Positions 61,660 to 64,000 of a stretch of DNA of 64,000 bases are shown here, in pieces (within the stretch, counting starts at the first letter, position 1; each line of letters begins with the position of its first letter). This DNA comes from Alphaproteobacteria bacterium (GTDB taxonomy: Bacteria; Pseudomonadota; Alphaproteobacteria; Sphingomonadales; Kordiimonadaceae): contig JAJFIS010000041.1 in NCBI GenBank assembly GCA_021774735.1, positions 91,844 through 155,843 on the forward strand, given 5' to 3'. The translations under genes and the position numbers were made by a program. The notes below the pieces were generated by a model. It was given only the letters and a program-made list of their open reading frames with translations, did not search any database and was not told where the DNA came from.

Positions 61660-61906
61660 AGCACCCCGATAAAAAACGAACCATGTTCATTTTAATCGCA
61701 CGGCATTGGGGCCATTTCGGTGCCGCGTAATTTTATTTCAAAACTATGTGCATTTTCAGTTTTTATACCTTCCATTTCTGTTAAGTTCGAAAGCTCATTT
61801 CTCAACAATGGGCATATAATCCCCGCCACGCGAGAAATGACCGGCTTATACTGATGTAAAAAGGGTCGTTAATAACATATGCAATTGGGAATTTGGAATT
61901 GCGAGT

Positions 61907-64000
61907 ATGACAGGCAAAGTTTCACTAACAGATAAATACACTCTCCGTGAGGGCCGGGCTTTCATGACCGGCATCCAAACGCTTGTTCGCTTGCCGATGG
62001 TACAGCGTTGGCGGGACCAACAAGCGGGCCTAAATACCGCTGGGTTTATTTCAGGCTATCGTGGGTCGCCTCTTGGCACCTATGATATGGAACTGCAACG
62101 CGCCCAGAAATATCTAGATGAAAGCCATATTAAATTCGAGCCTGGCATAAACGAAGACCTAGCCGCGACTTCTGTCTGGGGTTCCCAGCAATTGCACCTT
62201 TATAAGGAAAGCAACAAATATGACGGCGTATTTGGCATTTGGTACGGCAAAGGACCGGGCCTAGATCGCTCACTTGATGTTATTAAACATGCTAATGCGG
62301 CGGGCACAGATCCAAATGGCGGTGTGTTGTGCATTGGCGGCGATGACCACGCGGCAAAATCCTCTACCCTGTCCCACCAAGTCGATCATACTTTTGTCGC
62401 GGCATTCATGCCGGAGCTTTATCCGTCCTCGATCCAAGAGTTTGTTGAGTATGGCTTGCTTGGGATCGCCATGAGCCGTTATTCAGGCCTGTGGGTTGGG
62501 ATGAAAACAACGGGTGAAGTTGTTGAAACCTCTGGCACCGTTGATCTCGCCCGCGAACAACGCTCTATTTTGATGCCCAATAACTTTGAAATGCCTGATG
62601 GTGATCTGGCCATTCGCTGGCCTGACGCATGGCGCGACCAAGACCTTCGCCTGCAACGCTATAAAGGCTTTGCTGCCATGGCCTTCGCCCGTGCCAATGG
62701 CATAGACCGGGTCATTTGGGACTGCAAGAAGCCAAAATTTGGTATCATCACATCGGGTAAATCCTACCAAGATGTGCGCCAAGCCCTATATGAGCTTGGC
62801 ATTAGCGAAGAACGCGCCGGAGAAATTGGCCTGAAGCTTTATAAAGTTGGTATGCCTTGGCCGTTGGAACCTGAAGGGGTGCGTCAATTCTGCGAAGGCT
62901 TGGACGAAGTTCTGGTGGTTGAAGAAAAACGCGAACTGATCGAGCACCAGCTTCGTTGGCAGCTTTATAACTGGAAAGCAGACGTGCGGCCAACAGTTAT
63001 TGGCAAGCATGACGAAAATGACAATTGGTTATTGCCGCCTGAAAATGAACTTGATGTTGGTATTATCGCCAATGTTATCGCAGCTCGGATGGCAAAGCTT
63101 TATAAGTCACCCGAAATTAACGCCAAGCTTGAGTATTTTGAAAATCGCCGTAAAGGCGTCAAGGGCTATGTGCCTGCGATCAAGCGGGTGCCTTATTTTT
63201 GCTCGGGCTGCCCGCATAACAGCTCAACCCGAGTGCCAGAAGGCAGCCGGGCGACCGCTGGTATCGGTTGCCATATTATGGCGATCAATATGGACCGTAA
63301 CACCGAAACCTACACCCAAATGGGCGGTGAAGGCACTCCGTGGATCGGCATGGCACCCTTCACCAATGACAAACATATTTTTGCCAACTTAGGTGATGGT
63401 ACTTATACCCATTCAGGCTCTCTAGCAATCAGAGCAGCTGTGGCTGCGGGTGTGAATATCACCTATAAAATCCTATATAATGACGCCGTTGCTATGACCG
63501 GCGGGCAAGAAACTGAAGGTGCTTTTAGTGTGCCGCAGGTTGCCCAACAATTGGTCGCTGAGGGTGTGAAAAAGGTCGCTATTGCCTCTGAGCGCACAGA
63601 AGAATATGCCCTTATAAGCTTACCTGAAGGCGTTGAGGTGCATGACCGCCGGATGATCATGAAGCTGCAAGAAGAATTCCGCGATATTGAAGGCTGCACA
63701 GCTATTATTTACGACCAAACCTGTGCCGCTGAAAAGCGCCGCCGCCGAAAGCGCGGCCTGCTGGATGACCCTGACCACCGCGTGTTCATCAATGATGCGA
63801 TCTGCGAAGGATGCGGTGATTGCTCGGTTCAAAGTAACTGCGTATCCATTGAACCTGTTGAAACTGAATTTGGCCGCAAACGCCGGATCAACCAATCATC
63901 CTGCAATAAAGATTTTTCCTGCCTTCAAGGTTTTTGCCCCTCCTTCGTATCCATTAGAGGTGGTAGCCCGCGCAAATCATCAGCTGGCAAAGGTTCGCTG
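61907..64000 (+). CDS. Indolepyruvate/2-oxoacid:ferredoxin oxidoreductase family fusion protein, 3' end cut by window edge
   Basis: The frame is open from ATG 61907 to the window end and is not in the ORF track. N-terminus MTGKVSLTDKYTLREGRAFMTGIQTLVRLPMVQ. A ferredoxin-type CEGCGDCSVQSNC motif lies near 63800. Confidence 0.85.
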   Translation, partial: MTGKVSLTDKYTLREGRAFMTGIQTLVRLPMVQRWRDQQAGLNTAGFISGYRGSPLGTYDMELQRAQKYLDESHIKFEPGINEDLAATSVWGSQQLHLYKESNKYDGVFGIWYGKGPGLDRSLDVIKHANAAGTDPNGGVLCIGGDDHAAKSSTLSHQVDHTFVAAFMPELYPSSIQEFVEYGLLGIAMSRYSGLWVGMKTTGEVVETSGTVDLAREQRSILMPNNFEMPDGDLAIRWPDAWRDQDLRLQRYKGFAAMAFARANGIDRVIWDCKKPKFGIITSGKSYQDVRQALYELGISEERAGEIGLKLYKVGMPWPLEPEGVRQFCEGLDEVLVVEEKRELIEHQLRWQLYNWKADVRPTVIGKHDENDNWLLPPENELDVGIIANVIAARMAKLYKSPEINAKLEYFENRRKGVKGYVPAIKRVPYFCSGCPHNSSTRVPEGSRATAGIGCHIMAINMDRNTETYTQMGGEGTPWIGMAPFTNDKHIFANLGDGTYTHSGSLAIRAAVAAGVNITYKILYNDAVAMTGGQETEGAFSVPQVAQQLVAEGVKKVAIASERTEEYALISLPEGVEVHDRRMIMKLQEEFRDIEGCTAIIYDQTCAAEKRRRRKRGLLDDPDHRVFINDAICEGCGDCSVQSNCVSIEPVETEFGRKRRINQSSCNKDFSCLQGFCPSFVSIRGGSPRKSSAGKGSL

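Noticed and set aside
61690-61740. Possible terminator hairpin after ivd (CGGCA...TGCCG followed by TAATTTT)
   Set aside because: The stem is only 5 bp with a long loop and a weak T-tract, so it is not convincing.

Overview
The window looks like an alphaproteobacterial chromosomal segment, judged by gene order only and not verified. Core genes include a nitrate/nitrite uptake locus (narK-narK with a divergent regulator), thiC with a TPP riboswitch, monocistronic rpsD, and a split methionine synthase operon (sahR-like, metF, homocysteine-MTase, metH). It also carries yebC-ruvCAB-ybgC-tolQRAB, a TRAP transporter, an RND efflux pair, a leucine catabolism cluster (mccB-liuC-mccA-ivd) and a truncated indolepyruvate:ferredoxin oxidoreductase-family gene. 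Several visibly AT-rich accessory islets sit between these genes; GC content was judged by eye, not computed. The islets are (i) an Eco29kI-like GIY-YIG restriction enzyme plus C5-methyltransferase, (ii) a hemerythrin / TPR-aspartyl-beta-hydroxylase / GNAT operon, (iii) an alpha/beta hydrolase, a 22-bp perfect palindrome and a degenerate EAL-like protein, and (iv) a second R-M module with an HTH-C5-methyltransferase and an MvaI/BcnI-like nuclease split at a G5 run. No integrase, transposase, tRNA, rRNA or CRISPR array was seen. The most unusual item is a one-component regulator that fuses a NIT (nitrate/nitrite-sensing) domain to a Crp/Fnr module. It has a C-terminal 4-Cys tail, and an FNR-type box lies in the divergent narK promoter. 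A second, perfect FNR box precedes a dCache chemoreceptor gene. Other items worth follow-up are an orphan TadG(vWA)-TadE-TadE trio, a DUF1326/DUF2182 pair, a structured rpsD leader, and a tol cluster lacking pal.
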